Below, piece after piece: positions 32,958 through 43,316 of a DNA stretch of 64,000 bases (position 1 is the first letter of the stretch; the number at the start of each line of letters is the position of its first letter). The notes beneath the pieces were generated by a model that was not told the DNA's origin, made no database searches, and saw nothing but the letters and a program-made list of their open reading frames with translations. The DNA lies in NCBI GenBank assembly GCA_949285025.1, contig CASDXG010000015.1, positions 10,754 through 74,753 of the forward strand, given 5' to 3'. This DNA comes from an uncultured Bacteroides sp. GTDB lineage: Bacteria > Bacteroidota > Bacteroidia > Bacteroidales > Bacteroidaceae. The translations under genes and the position numbers were made by a program.

Positions 32958-35438
32958 TCAGAGAGAATTGTTTACTTGCAGTTTCCCGTTTGTGTAGGTT
33001 ACGATATAGCGTTCTCCTTGCTTGGTTTCGAACTTGATTTCCTGATTTTTATATCGTATGATACATGGAACGCCAGAACCGGATAAAATGACGGCGCGTG
33101 TCAGATTATTGTCTTTCCACTGAATATCAATGGTGAAATTGCCTCGAGCCCGTACCCCTGTGAGTTTCCCCTCGTGCCATACGGCCGGCAGGGCAGGAAG
33201 AATCTGTATGAATCCCATGTGGCTTTGCAGGAGCATTTCGGTGATTCCGGCTGTTCCCCCGAAGTTGCCGTCTATCTGAAAAGGAGGATGTGTGTCCCAA
33301 AGATTATTGTTTGTCCCGTTTTTCAGCAGATTTCCATACAGTGTATAAGCTCGGTTTCCGTCTTGCAGTCGTGCCCATTGGTTCAGTTTCCATCCCATAC
33401 TCCAGCCTGTTGCGCCGTCCCCTCTGTGTTCTAATACGATACGGGCGGCGCGTGCCAGTTCAGGAGTGGTAATAGGAGAGAGTGTACGTCCCGGATGAAG
33501 ACCGAAAAGATGGTTTACATGGCGATGTTCGTCTTTGGGATCATCGATATCAGCCGACCATTCCATCAATTGCCCATATCGGCCGATGCGGTAAGGCGCC
33601 AGTTTGTTTAAAACCTCTGTCCATTCTTTCCGGGCTGTTTCATCGGTATTCAGAACCTTGCTTGCTTCAATGGCATCGAGTAAAATCTCGCGTATGACGG
33701 CATGAGCAAAGGTTGTTCCTTCGTCTATAGGGCCGTGTTCCGGTGATGTGGAAGGTGCCGCAGTGTAAGTTCCGTCGGGTTTTTTCCACAGATAGTCGCA
33801 GACGAAATCCGCGCTGCTTTTAATCAGTTCGTAGCCGGTATTGCGTAAAAAGTCGATATCTCTCGTATAGTCGTAATAGTTCCATACGTGTGTTGACAGC
33901 CATGCGCCGGCTACCGGGATGAAGTTCCATGCCATGCTTGTGGCATTCAGAGGGGTGGTGAGACCGAATATGTTTCCGGAAATGGAGGTAGTCCATCCGC
34001 GTGCGTTGAAATAAGCCTGTGCGGTTTTCTCTCCGGGTTTTACAAGTCCTTTGATAAAGTCGAAGAGAGGCAACTCACATTCCGGCAAGTTAGTGGAGCA
34101 TGCCGGCCAGTAATTCATTTGTAGGTTTATGTTATTATGGTAATCTACCCGCCAAGGACCATCAACATTGTTACTCCAAATACCTTGCAGATTTGCCGGA
34201 AGGTTTCCCGGTCTTGAGCAGGCTATTAGTAAATATCGTCCGTACTGATAGTAAAGTGTTTCCAGTCCGTAGTCGGGAGCCCCCGTGCGATAGCGTTCCA
34301 GACGGGCGGGAGTGGGGAGAGAGTGTGCGGCCGTATTGTCCCATTGAGGGTTTAAAATGAAGTCCATACGTCCGAAAAGAGCATGATAGTCTTCGTAATG
34401 TGTACGTAAAAGCGTTGTATAATCTTTTTGAACAGCCTGTTCCATCCATTTTTTTGTTGTCTTTACCGGATCTATGCCTACATAAGTTTTTGGATCATTA
34501 AAGTCGGGATCGAAGTTAAGAATGTAGTCAGTATCCATTGTTATGAGGAACATTACGTCATCGGCTCTTTTTATAATGAACCGGTCTCGCTTGTTTTCGA
34601 GCGTACCTCCGTTGACAATTGCTTTTATGCGTACGGCATATTGCATATGGTTGTCGTTTAATCGTGCGATATAGCATATGCCGTTTTTCCCGTCTTTCTT
34701 GAAGGAACCGGTAGAAACCGGATTGGTTGTATAAGAAAAGGTCAGGTTTTGTTTCCCTTTTTGTGATGCGCTGAAGCGAATGACCATTACGTTGTCGGGG
34801 GAGGAGATAAAGACGTTTCGTTTGTAGGAAACGCCGTTATACCGGAATTGAACAGTTGCTAATGCCGAATCGAGCGATAAGCTTCGGCGGTATTCGCTGA
34901 TGCTTTCTTCCGGGATGTTTGTATCAATCAGAAATTCTCCGGCGGTGGTGTAGCTGCCGAAACGGAACGGTGTTTCGGAATCGGGGTTATATGGCAGTTC
35001 GCTGTTGAAGTTTTCTTCCGTAAGTTTTGTTGCTCTTTCAAGGTCTTTGTCGATGAAAGCCTGTCGGATGTCTTTCAGGATATGTGCCGATTGTTTATTG
35101 ATATTCCAATAATGTCCGGCATCTTTTGAGGTATTCGGGCCGCCACGCCATAGGCTCTTTTCATTAAACGTGATGCGTTCTGTAGAGACAGAGCCCAATA
35201 CATTGGCACCGATATTCCCGTTACCAAGCGGAAGTGAATAATTTTCCCATTGCGGGTCGGGTGTTTCAAGTCCTCCTCCTGCTGTTAATATGCAGGGAGC
35301 TCCTTCCCATACAGGCGTATGTGTGGATGGAGTGGGCTTGTCGAACCATATGTTTAAAGGATTTTTCGGGTGATTGTCGGCATAAGAAGGGACTATGCTC
35401 AGGAGAAGTACTGTTAAAATAAAGGTGACTTTTTTCAT
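32958..35438 (-). CDS. Glycoside hydrolase family 95 (alpha-1,2-L-fucosidase-like), secreted
   Basis: LPLGNG, PANLQGIW, NINLQMNYW, SPEHG, HRHVNHL and PPFQIDGNFG motifs, signal peptide. Confidence 0.92.
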   Translation of the reverse strand: MKKVTFILTVLLLSIVPSYADNHPKNPLNIWFDKPTPSTHTPVWEGAPCILTAGGGLETPDPQWENYSLPLGNGNIGANVLGSVSTERITFNEKSLWRGGPNTSKDAGHYWNINKQSAHILKDIRQAFIDKDLERATKLTEENFNSELPYNPDSETPFRFGSYTTAGEFLIDTNIPEESISEYRRSLSLDSALATVQFRYNGVSYKRNVFISSPDNVMVIRFSASQKGKQNLTFSYTTNPVSTGSFKKDGKNGICYIARLNDNHMQYAVRIKAIVNGGTLENKRDRFIIKRADDVMFLITMDTDYILNFDPDFNDPKTYVGIDPVKTTKKWMEQAVQKDYTTLLRTHYEDYHALFGRMDFILNPQWDNTAAHSLPTPARLERYRTGAPDYGLETLYYQYGRYLLIACSRPGNLPANLQGIWSNNVDGPWRVDYHNNINLQMNYWPACSTNLPECELPLFDFIKGLVKPGEKTAQAYFNARGWTTSISGNIFGLTTPLNATSMAWNFIPVAGAWLSTHVWNYYDYTRDIDFLRNTGYELIKSSADFVCDYLWKKPDGTYTAAPSTSPEHGPIDEGTTFAHAVIREILLDAIEASKVLNTDETARKEWTEVLNKLAPYRIGRYGQLMEWSADIDDPKDEHRHVNHLFGLHPGRTLSPITTPELARAARIVLEHRGDGATGWSMGWKLNQWARLQDGNRAYTLYGNLLKNGTNNNLWDTHPPFQIDGNFGGTAGITEMLLQSHMGFIQILPALPAVWHEGKLTGVRARGNFTIDIQWKDNNLTRAVILSGSGVPCIIRYKNQEIKFETKQGERYIVTYTNGKLQVNNSL

Positions 35439-35522
35439 ATATTCAGTTATAATTGGTGTCTCTAAACGATATATTTATTATTCGGCTATTGAAGTTTTTT
35501 TAATCATGCTGATTTATTGTTG

Positions 35523-35584
35523 AAAAGGTGGAAGTTTTTTTACCAAAAGACTGTTTCCTTTTTTAAAAAAATGGCGGGCTTTTT
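35523..35584. repeat. Array of three AAAAS-N8-STTTT units at 21-22 bp period
   Basis: aaaag-gtggaagt-ttttt (35523), aaaag-actgtttc-ctttt (35545), aaaaa-atggcggg-ctttt (35566). Confidence 0.55.
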
Positions 35585-35585
35585 G

Positions 35586-38360
35586 TTAGTGGGCTTCCAG
35601 CCAATTGTTCCCCCATCCGCAGTCTGCGCATAGAGGGACTTTCATTTTATAGGCATTTTCCATTTCCGTTATTACAATTTTCTGTACTGTATCTTTTTCT
35701 TCTGGTAACACGCTGAAGTTTAACTCGTCGTGTATCTGCAGAATCATTTTCGATTTTATCCCTTCTTCTCGGAATCGTTTGTAGATACGTATCATTGCTA
35801 TTTTGATGATGTCGGCAGCGCTTCCTTGAATCGGTGCGTTTATGGCATTGCGTTCGGCGTATCCTCTTACAACGGCATTTCGTGAATTGATATCCGGGAG
35901 GTAACGTTTTCGTTTGAATATTGTTTCAATGTATCCTTTTTCTCTTGCTATGCGGATGCTTTTATCCATGTATTCTTTTACATGAGGGTAGTTTTCAAAA
36001 TAACCATCTATCAGTTCTTTGGCTTCTTTTCTGTCGATGTTCAGTCGCTCGGCAAGCCCGAATACGGAAATTCCGTATATAATACCGAAATTGGCTGTCT
36101 TTGCTTTTCTGCGTTGTTCTTGCGTTACTTCGTTTATATTGACCTTGTATATTTTGGAGGCTGTTGAGGCATGAATATCTTGTCCGTTTTGAAATGCTTC
36201 GATCATCTGCGGATCTTCGCTTAAATGTGCCATGATGCGGAGTTCTATTTGCGAGTAATCGGCCGAGAAGAATTCGCATCCGTCATCGGGAATAAAAGCT
36301 TTTCGTATTTCTTTTCCGTTTTCGTTCCGGATAGGGATGTTTTGTAAATTCGGATTGCTGGAACTTAACCGGCCGGTAGCTGTAACGGTTTGGTTGAAGG
36401 ACGTATGAATCCTTCCGGTTTTCGGATTGATAAGCTGAGGAAGCGCATCGACATATGTGCTAAGCAGTTTTTTTAATCCGCGATGTTCCAATATTTTTTC
36501 TACAATTTCATGCTTATGTTTTAAGCTTTCCAACACTTCTTCTGAGGTAACATACTGACCTGTTTTGGTCTTTTTGGCCTTTTCTACGATTTTAAGTTTA
36601 TCGAATAATATTTCGCCGACCTGTTTCGGTGATGCAATGTTAAACGGTTCTCCGGCCATCCTGTATATTTCCTCTTCTATTTGGTTCAGGCGGATTGTAA
36701 AATGTTTGGATATTTCGTTCAGCGTTTTTGTGTCTATTTTTACTCCGTTTATTTCCATGTATGCAAGCACAGGAACCAATGGCATTTCGATGGAACGGAA
36801 GAGTTCTTCGGCATCGTTCTTTTTAAGTTCTTGCTCCAAGATATGTTTTAGTTTGAAAGTTACGTCTGCATCTTCGCAAGCGTACTTATAAATGGCGGAA
36901 GGCGAGAGGTCGCGCATACTTTTTTGATGCTTTCCTTTAGCTCCTATAAGTTCTTCTATTTTGATTGTCTCGTAATGCAGATAGATTTCCGCAAGATAAT
37001 CCATGTTGTGACGTAACTCCGGTTGTAAGACATAATGGGCAATCATGGTGTCGAATAATTCCCCTTTCAGTTGAATATTATATTTGCTTAATACGATCAT
37101 GTCGTATTTGATGTTTTGTCCGACCTTGAGGATTTGTTCGTTTTCCAGCAGTGGCTTGAATTTTTTCGTCACTTTTATTGCATCCTCGTATCGGGGAGGT
37201 ATCGGAACATAAACAGCCTGATTTTCGGCATAACTAAAGCTTATGCCGACAAGTTCTGCAGTTATCGGATCGATTCCTGTGGTTTCCGTGTCTAAACAGA
37301 AAGAATCTTTTGTAAGGATATTTTGTAAGAATAGGTTGATTTCGTCCTCATTTTCAATGATTTTATAATCGTAATCAAGCATTTCAAGGTGCGTGAGATT
37401 TGAATTTTTTGAGTCGTTCGATGTCGGGGACGCGAAAAATCCAAAGAGATCGCCTTGTTTTGCGGAAGAATCGGGTAGGGGAGTTTTATTTTCTGCCTTG
37501 AAGATTCTTTCAGTTAATGTGCGGAATTCCATTTCTTCGAAGATTTGTTTCAGTTCTTCTTCGCAAGGAGCTTCGCGTTTCAGTTCTTCCATGTTGAGAG
37601 AAATAGGGACATCGGTCTTTATGGTTGCGAGGAACTTTGAGAAAATGATTTGCTCGCGGTTCTCTGTAATTTTCGTTTTTATGGCTCCTTTCAGCTCATC
37701 GGTGTGAGCAAGCAATTCTTCGATGCTTCCGAATTGCGCAATAAGTTTTTGTGCTGTTTTAGCACCGACTCCTGGGCATCCGGGTATGTTGTCGGCGCTG
37801 TCGCCCATTAGCCCCAAAATATCTATAACTTGTTTTGGTGACTCAATTTCAAACTTTGATTTGATTTCTTCCGTTCCCAGTATCTCAAAATCTTTATCTC
37901 CGTATTTAGGGCGGTACATGAATACTTTCTCGTTTACTAATTGGCCATAGTCTTTATCTGGGGTCATCATGTAGGTTGCTATCCCTTTCTCTCCGGCTTC
38001 TGTGGCCAAAGTACCGATTACATCGTCGGCTTCATATCCGGGAACCTCGAGTATAGGAATACGGTATGCTCGGATAATGTTTTTGATGATGGGAACAGAC
38101 AGACGGATTGTTTCCGGCGTTTCTTCGCGTTGTGCTTTATATTGGTCAAAAGCTTCATGGCGGAACGTTGGTCCCGGTGGGTCGAATGCAACCCCGATAT
38201 GGGTTGGATTTTCCTTTTTAAGCACGTCTTCCAACGTATTTATGAAACCGAATATGGCAGAGGTATTGAATCCTTTTGAATTGATTCTCGGATTTTTGAT
38301 AAAAGCATAATAAGCCCGGTAGATCAATGCGTAGGCATCGAGTAGAAAAAGTTTCTCCAT
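35586..38360 (-). CDS. polA: DNA polymerase I
   Basis: 5'-3' exonuclease YEADD motif, DTETT, DYSQIELR, KTANFGIIYG and QIHDEL. Confidence 0.98.
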   Translation of the reverse strand: MEKLFLLDAYALIYRAYYAFIKNPRINSKGFNTSAIFGFINTLEDVLKKENPTHIGVAFDPPGPTFRHEAFDQYKAQREETPETIRLSVPIIKNIIRAYRIPILEVPGYEADDVIGTLATEAGEKGIATYMMTPDKDYGQLVNEKVFMYRPKYGDKDFEILGTEEIKSKFEIESPKQVIDILGLMGDSADNIPGCPGVGAKTAQKLIAQFGSIEELLAHTDELKGAIKTKITENREQIIFSKFLATIKTDVPISLNMEELKREAPCEEELKQIFEEMEFRTLTERIFKAENKTPLPDSSAKQGDLFGFFASPTSNDSKNSNLTHLEMLDYDYKIIENEDEINLFLQNILTKDSFCLDTETTGIDPITAELVGISFSYAENQAVYVPIPPRYEDAIKVTKKFKPLLENEQILKVGQNIKYDMIVLSKYNIQLKGELFDTMIAHYVLQPELRHNMDYLAEIYLHYETIKIEELIGAKGKHQKSMRDLSPSAIYKYACEDADVTFKLKHILEQELKKNDAEELFRSIEMPLVPVLAYMEINGVKIDTKTLNEISKHFTIRLNQIEEEIYRMAGEPFNIASPKQVGEILFDKLKIVEKAKKTKTGQYVTSEEVLESLKHKHEIVEKILEHRGLKKLLSTYVDALPQLINPKTGRIHTSFNQTVTATGRLSSSNPNLQNIPIRNENGKEIRKAFIPDDGCEFFSADYSQIELRIMAHLSEDPQMIEAFQNGQDIHASTASKIYKVNINEVTQEQRRKAKTANFGIIYGISVFGLAERLNIDRKEAKELIDGYFENYPHVKEYMDKSIRIAREKGYIETIFKRKRYLPDINSRNAVVRGYAERNAINAPIQGSAADIIKIAMIRIYKRFREEGIKSKMILQIHDELNFSVLPEEKDTVQKIVITEMENAYKMKVPLCADCGWGNNWLEAH

Positions 38361-38451
38361 TTATTGAATAAATAAGTTTTTTCATGTAAAAATACAAAAA
38401 AATATTAGAATCTTTGTTTTATTATTACTTTTGTAGTTCAAAAGGATTTTT

Positions 38452-39426
38452 ATGGACAAGATAGGACAAATCAAAAGACCGATTGAAGCAGAAATGGCTG
38501 ATTTTAAGTCGCTTTTCAATGAATCGTTGCGGAGTGATACTCCGTTGCTCGATGAGGTGTTGACATATATTAAGCGGCGGAATGGGAAAATGATGCGTCC
38601 GATGCTTGTATTTCTCACCGCTAAATTATTTGGAAAACCGACTCTTTCCACTCAGCATGCGGCACTTGCTTTGGAGTTGTTGCATACGGCCAGTCTTGTG
38701 CATGATGATGTTGTGGATGAAAGTAATGAGCGGCGTGGACAAACTTCTGTAAATGCAATTTATGATAATAGGGTCTCTGTCTTGGTGGGTGACTATCTCT
38801 TGGCGGCAAGTCTGAAATCGGCTGCTTATACGAAGAGCATTATTTTAGTAGATTTGGTAGCTCGTTTGGGACAGGAACTCTCGGAGGGGGAGATTATTCA
38901 GCTGGCGAATATCGCGAACAACGATTTCTCGGAGGCGGTATATTACGATGTAATACGCAAAAAGACAGCTGCTTTGTTTGCTGCATGTGCAGAAAGCGGA
39001 GCACTTTCTGTCGGGGTCTCGAAAGAAGAAGCGGAACTTGCGTATTCTTTGGGCGAGATGATTGGCATTGCTTTTCAGATTAAAGATGACATATTCGACT
39101 ATAATGAAGACCAAAACGTTGGGAAGCCTACCGGAAATGATATGCTTGAAGGAAAACTTACGTTACCGGCTTTATATGCATTGAACTTGAATAAAAGTGA
39201 GACGATGCGCGGCATTGCTTTGAAGGTTCGCTCGTTGACTGCTTCGAAAACGGAGATTTCCGACTTTATTGCTTATATCAAAGAGGTAGGAGGAATAACG
39301 TATGCCGAACAGGTGATGCGTTCTTATCGGGATAAGGCATTGGCTTTATTGCCGGATTCAACAGAAGCTTCACTTCGTGAGGCTTTGACGGCTTTCATTG
39401 ATTATGTGATTGATCGGGATAAGTGA
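38452..39426 (+). CDS. Polyprenyl diphosphate synthase (IspB-like)
   Basis: GKMMRP, HDDVVD and FQIKDD motifs. Promoter TActTTTG ~38426. Confidence 0.92.
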   Translation: MDKIGQIKRPIEAEMADFKSLFNESLRSDTPLLDEVLTYIKRRNGKMMRPMLVFLTAKLFGKPTLSTQHAALALELLHTASLVHDDVVDESNERRGQTSVNAIYDNRVSVLVGDYLLAASLKSAAYTKSIILVDLVARLGQELSEGEIIQLANIANNDFSEAVYYDVIRKKTAALFAACAESGALSVGVSKEEAELAYSLGEMIGIAFQIKDDIFDYNEDQNVGKPTGNDMLEGKLTLPALYALNLNKSETMRGIALKVRSLTASKTEISDFIAYIKEVGGITYAEQVMRSYRDKALALLPDSTEASLREALTAFIDYVIDRDK

Positions 39427-39475
39427 CGTCAGGGATGAACGTTTTTTTTGATGATTGATTTTTTATATATAGAAG

Positions 39476-39512
39476 AAAGAAGGCATATTCAGAAGAGTAT
39501 GCCTTCTTTTTT
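39476..39512. terminator. Bidirectional terminator between polyprenyl synthase and deoC
   Basis: aaagaaggcata...tatgccttcttt inverted repeat. Confidence 0.8.
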
Positions 39513-39518
39513 GCTTTA

Positions 39519-40577
39519 TCAGTTAAAAAACTGAATGTCTTTTTCTACTAATTCAGACAGTAACTGATCTGCAAGATGGCTTGCTCCTATGCGGAATAAC
39601 CTGTTGTTTAACCATTCTTTTCCTAAGATTTCCTTTACTATAGTGTAGTAGGTGAGTGCTTCTTCTGTCGTTTTTATACCTCCGGCGGCTTTAAAACCTA
39701 CTTTTCTGCCTGTTTCAAGATAGTATTCTTTGATGGCTTTACACATTACGAGTGCTGCTTCCGGAGAAGCCATAGGACTTTCTTTTCCTGTGGATGTCTT
39801 GATGAAATCGGCACCGGAATACATTGCCAGGATAGACGCTTTCTTAATGTTTGATGCGGTTTTCAGGATGCCTGTCTCAAGAATAACCTTTAAAGTCTTA
39901 TCTCCACATACATCTTTCAATTCTTCTATTTCGTCGCACATTCCTTCATAATCGCCGATAAGGAATTTCCCTACGGGAAGAACGATGTCTATTTCGTCGG
40001 CTCCGGCATGAATTGCCATCGCTGTTTCCGCTACTTTAATTTCGCTGAATGTCTGTGAAGAGGGGAATCCTCCGGCGACGCATGCTATTTTTACGTGATC
40101 GGCTTCGAGGGTATCGTTTACGATTTCTGCCATATTGGGATAAACACAAACTGCTGCAACATTATCCAATTCGGGAAATTTATCGACAAAATCATTTATT
40201 TTTTCTGTCAGTTTCATGATTCCCGGGTCATTGTCTGTGCTTCTGAGAGAAGTCAGATCAAGGCAGTTTAACAATAATTTCTTTACCTCTTTCGTTTCAT
40301 TCTCTTGTTTGTATTTATCTAAGATACGGGCTGTTTGTGCAGTTATTTCGTCATCTTTTAATCGGGTGGCATATTTACTTAAGGCCGTGTCGTATTTGCT
40401 TGGTTGGTGCAAGCGTTCTTTGTCCTCATCTTCGTTGTTGCAGTCACAGTCATCGTGGTTGCAATCGCAGTCGTTTCCCGTTATGTCAGAATGGGAATGT
40501 CCGCATTCGCAGGAATGTTCATGGTGATGTTCGTGCTTGCTTTCGCAAGTTTCGTTGTCGTTTTGATTATATTTCAT
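39519..40577 (-). CDS. deoC: Deoxyribose-phosphate aldolase with His/Cys-rich N-terminal extension
   Basis: DLTSL, GADEIDIV, LKVILETG, DFIKTSTGK and GFKAAGGI motifs. Confidence 0.92.
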   Translation of the reverse strand: MKYNQNDNETCESKHEHHHEHSCECGHSHSDITGNDCDCNHDDCDCNNEDEDKERLHQPSKYDTALSKYATRLKDDEITAQTARILDKYKQENETKEVKKLLLNCLDLTSLRSTDNDPGIMKLTEKINDFVDKFPELDNVAAVCVYPNMAEIVNDTLEADHVKIACVAGGFPSSQTFSEIKVAETAMAIHAGADEIDIVLPVGKFLIGDYEGMCDEIEELKDVCGDKTLKVILETGILKTASNIKKASILAMYSGADFIKTSTGKESPMASPEAALVMCKAIKEYYLETGRKVGFKAAGGIKTTEEALTYYTIVKEILGKEWLNNRLFRIGASHLADQLLSELVEKDIQFFN

Positions 40578-40579
40578 GT

Positions 40580-40903
40580 TTATTTTAATTTGGGGTTGTT
40601 CTTATGTCTGTCTTTATCTCTTGTGGTTTTTTTCTCCAGATTCTTTTGAAATGCTTCCGTCAGATCAATACCGGTCTGGTTTGCAATACAAAGAAGTACC
40701 CATAACACATCGGCCATTTCATCGCCCAAATCCGATTTTTCTCCGGGCTTAAATGACTGATCTCCGTAAGTTCGGGCCATAATACGTGCCAATTCTCCCA
40801 CTTCTTCGGTGAGAACCGCCATATTTGTCAGTTCGCTGAAGTAGCGGACTCCAAATGTTTGAATCCATTTGTCTACGGATTCCTGTGCTTCTTTTATAGT
40901 CAT
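40580..40903 (-). CDS. MazG-like nucleotide pyrophosphohydrolase
   Basis: LTEEVGELAR...DEMADVL motif. Confidence 0.9.
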   Translation of the reverse strand: MTIKEAQESVDKWIQTFGVRYFSELTNMAVLTEEVGELARIMARTYGDQSFKPGEKSDLGDEMADVLWVLLCIANQTGIDLTEAFQKNLEKKTTRDKDRHKNNPKLK

Positions 40904-40904
40904 A

Positions 40905-41357
40905 TTATTCTTTATTTTTGGAATCTATGCAGATTGTTACCGGGCCGTTGTTTAGTAGTTCGATTTTCATTTCTGCCCCGAACTCGCCCGTTCCGACCTC
41001 TTTCCCTAAGTCTTCACTTAATTTGCGGCAGAAATATTCATAGAGGGGAATGGCTTTTTCATGTCCTGCGGCACGGATGTATGACGGACGGTTCCCTTTT
41101 TTGGTGGAAGCCATGAGAGTAAATTGACTTACAACCAGAATTTCTCCATTTATGTCGAGGATAGATTTATTCATGACTCCTTTTTCATCGTCAAATACAC
41201 GCAGGCCTATTATTTTTCTGCAGAGCCATTCTGCATCTTCTTCCGTATCGGCATTTTCGATTCCAACTAAAATCATGAATCCTTCTTTGATGGCAGATTT
41301 ACATGTTTCGCCGATAGTCACGGAAGCATGTTTCACTCTTTGTATAACAATTCTCAT
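40905..41357 (-). CDS. dtd: D-aminoacyl-tRNA deacylase
   Basis: MRIVIQRV, SQFTL and NGPVT motifs. Promoter at 41377-41384. Confidence 0.96.
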   Translation of the reverse strand: MRIVIQRVKHASVTIGETCKSAIKEGFMILVGIENADTEEDAEWLCRKIIGLRVFDDEKGVMNKSILDINGEILVVSQFTLMASTKKGNRPSYIRAAGHEKAIPLYEYFCRKLSEDLGKEVGTGEFGAEMKIELLNNGPVTICIDSKNKE

Positions 41358-41422
41358 GTTCGGTTTGTCGTTTTTGCAAAAGTATAAATAAAATTCGGGG
41401 AATCTTTGGTTGAATGGATGAA

Positions 41423-43252
41423 TTAATTCTGAGAGTCCAATGATTCTTTTATGTTTTTTGCGGCTGTTTCTCCTACGATTGCTGCAATTTCACCGATAGA
41501 TGCCTGCTTGATTCGTGACACACTTTTGAAGGCTTTTAACAAGGTTGTTTTCCGCTTTTCACCGATACCTTTGATATTGTCCAAGGCGGACGCTACTTGT
41601 GATTTGCTACGTTTATTGCGGTGGAATGTAATGGCAAAACGGTGAACTTCGTCTTGTATGTTCTCGAGCAGATGAAATAATGGCGTTCCTTGCTTGATGC
41701 CAATGACGCGTGGGGGGAAGCCGAACAGTACTTCCGACGTGCGGTGCCGTGCGTTTTTAGCTAATCCAACAATCGGGATGGACAGTTTCAATTCGTCTTC
41801 TATTATCAATCTTACGGCTTCCATCTGCCCTTTCCCGCCATCTGTAAGAATAAGGTCGGGAAGTTCTCCCTGCTCTTCGAGGATACGGGCGTAACGTCTG
41901 CGTACGACTTCTTGCATTGATGCATAATCGTCGGGTCCTTCAACCGTTTTTATGATATATTTGCGGTAATCTTTTTTGCTTGGTTTTGCTTTTTTGAAGA
42001 CAACACAAGCAGCAACTGCATCGGAACCTTGTATATTTGAATTGTCAAAACATTCTATTGTCAGCGGAAGTTTTTCTAACCCCAGTTGGTCTTGGATTTC
42101 TTTCATTAACCGTACACTTCGTTGCTCCGGATTAAGCTTTTCAGCCTGTTTGAGCCGGTCTGCTTTGTATTGTTTTACGTTTAATACAGACAAATCAAGC
42201 AAATGCTTCTTTTCTCCCCGTAACGGTACGGTAAAGGTTACACCGCTCATCTCAAAATCCGGTTCAAACGGCACGATAATTTCTTTGGAAAGGCTTTTGT
42301 ATCGTTCGCGCATCTCGATAATACCCAGTTGGAGCAGTTCCTCCTTTGTTTCGTTTAACCGCATTTTATATTCGAAAGTAAAGGCCTGGTTGATGCATCC
42401 ATTAGCGATGTGCAGATAATTTATGTAGGCCGATTTCTCATCCGTTTCGATGGAGAACACATCAATGTTATGAAGTACTGAACTCACGACTTCGCTCTTA
42501 GCGCGATAATTCTCGATGAGTTCATATTTTTCTTTTAATTTTTGTGCTTCTTCAAAGCGAAGTTCCGAAGCCAGTTCTTTCATCTCTTTTAGCAAAGCGT
42601 TGCTTATATTCTGTGTGTTCCCCTTGAGAATTTCCTTTATTTCTGCGATGTTCTGTATATATTCCTCGTGGGTCTGAAGACCGATACATGGTCCTTTACA
42701 GTTTTTTATGTGATATTGCAGACAAAGGTTGAATTTATGTTGATTGATATTCTCCGGAGTCAATGCAAGTCGACAGGTGCGGAGGGGGTAGAGCCTGCGG
42801 ATAAGATCTAACAGAGCCTGCATGGATGGATAATGACTGTAAGGGCCGTAATAGATAGAACCATTACGAATGATTTTACGCGTTTTGAATACACGGGGAA
42901 AGTATTCGTTGCTTATGCAGATAGAAGGGTAAGTCTTTCCGTCCTTTAGCGCTACGTTGTATCGGGGCTGATACTTTTTTATAAGGTTGTTCTCAAGTAA
43001 AAGTGCATCTTCTTCCGTGTTCACTACGATGTAACGTATGTCTGCTATTTTGCTGACAAGGACGCGTGTTTTTGCAGAATGCTGCTCTTTTGAAAAATAA
43101 GAATAGACGCGCCTTTTCAGATTCTTCGCTTTCCCAACGTATATTATAGTCCCTTCTGCATTTAAATATTGATAGATGCCCGGACTTTCCGGCAGATTCA
43201 TTACGATGCCGCGTAGGTATTCTTCCGTATTTGTCTCGTTGTTTTCTGTCAT
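41423..43252 (-). CDS. uvrC: Excinuclease ABC subunit C
   Basis: GIY-YIG (PGIY...YVGKAKNL), ECFDNS, DGGKGQ and DEVHRFAI motifs. Confidence 0.97.
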   Translation of the reverse strand: MTENNETNTEEYLRGIVMNLPESPGIYQYLNAEGTIIYVGKAKNLKRRVYSYFSKEQHSAKTRVLVSKIADIRYIVVNTEEDALLLENNLIKKYQPRYNVALKDGKTYPSICISNEYFPRVFKTRKIIRNGSIYYGPYSHYPSMQALLDLIRRLYPLRTCRLALTPENINQHKFNLCLQYHIKNCKGPCIGLQTHEEYIQNIAEIKEILKGNTQNISNALLKEMKELASELRFEEAQKLKEKYELIENYRAKSEVVSSVLHNIDVFSIETDEKSAYINYLHIANGCINQAFTFEYKMRLNETKEELLQLGIIEMRERYKSLSKEIIVPFEPDFEMSGVTFTVPLRGEKKHLLDLSVLNVKQYKADRLKQAEKLNPEQRSVRLMKEIQDQLGLEKLPLTIECFDNSNIQGSDAVAACVVFKKAKPSKKDYRKYIIKTVEGPDDYASMQEVVRRRYARILEEQGELPDLILTDGGKGQMEAVRLIIEDELKLSIPIVGLAKNARHRTSEVLFGFPPRVIGIKQGTPLFHLLENIQDEVHRFAITFHRNKRSKSQVASALDNIKGIGEKRKTTLLKAFKSVSRIKQASIGEIAAIVGETAAKNIKESLDSQN

Positions 43253-43316
43253 ACGTTTTGGCCTTTTTTAGAAAAGATGGAAACATTTCTTCCCATATTT
43301 CGGGGCATTCTTCCTG

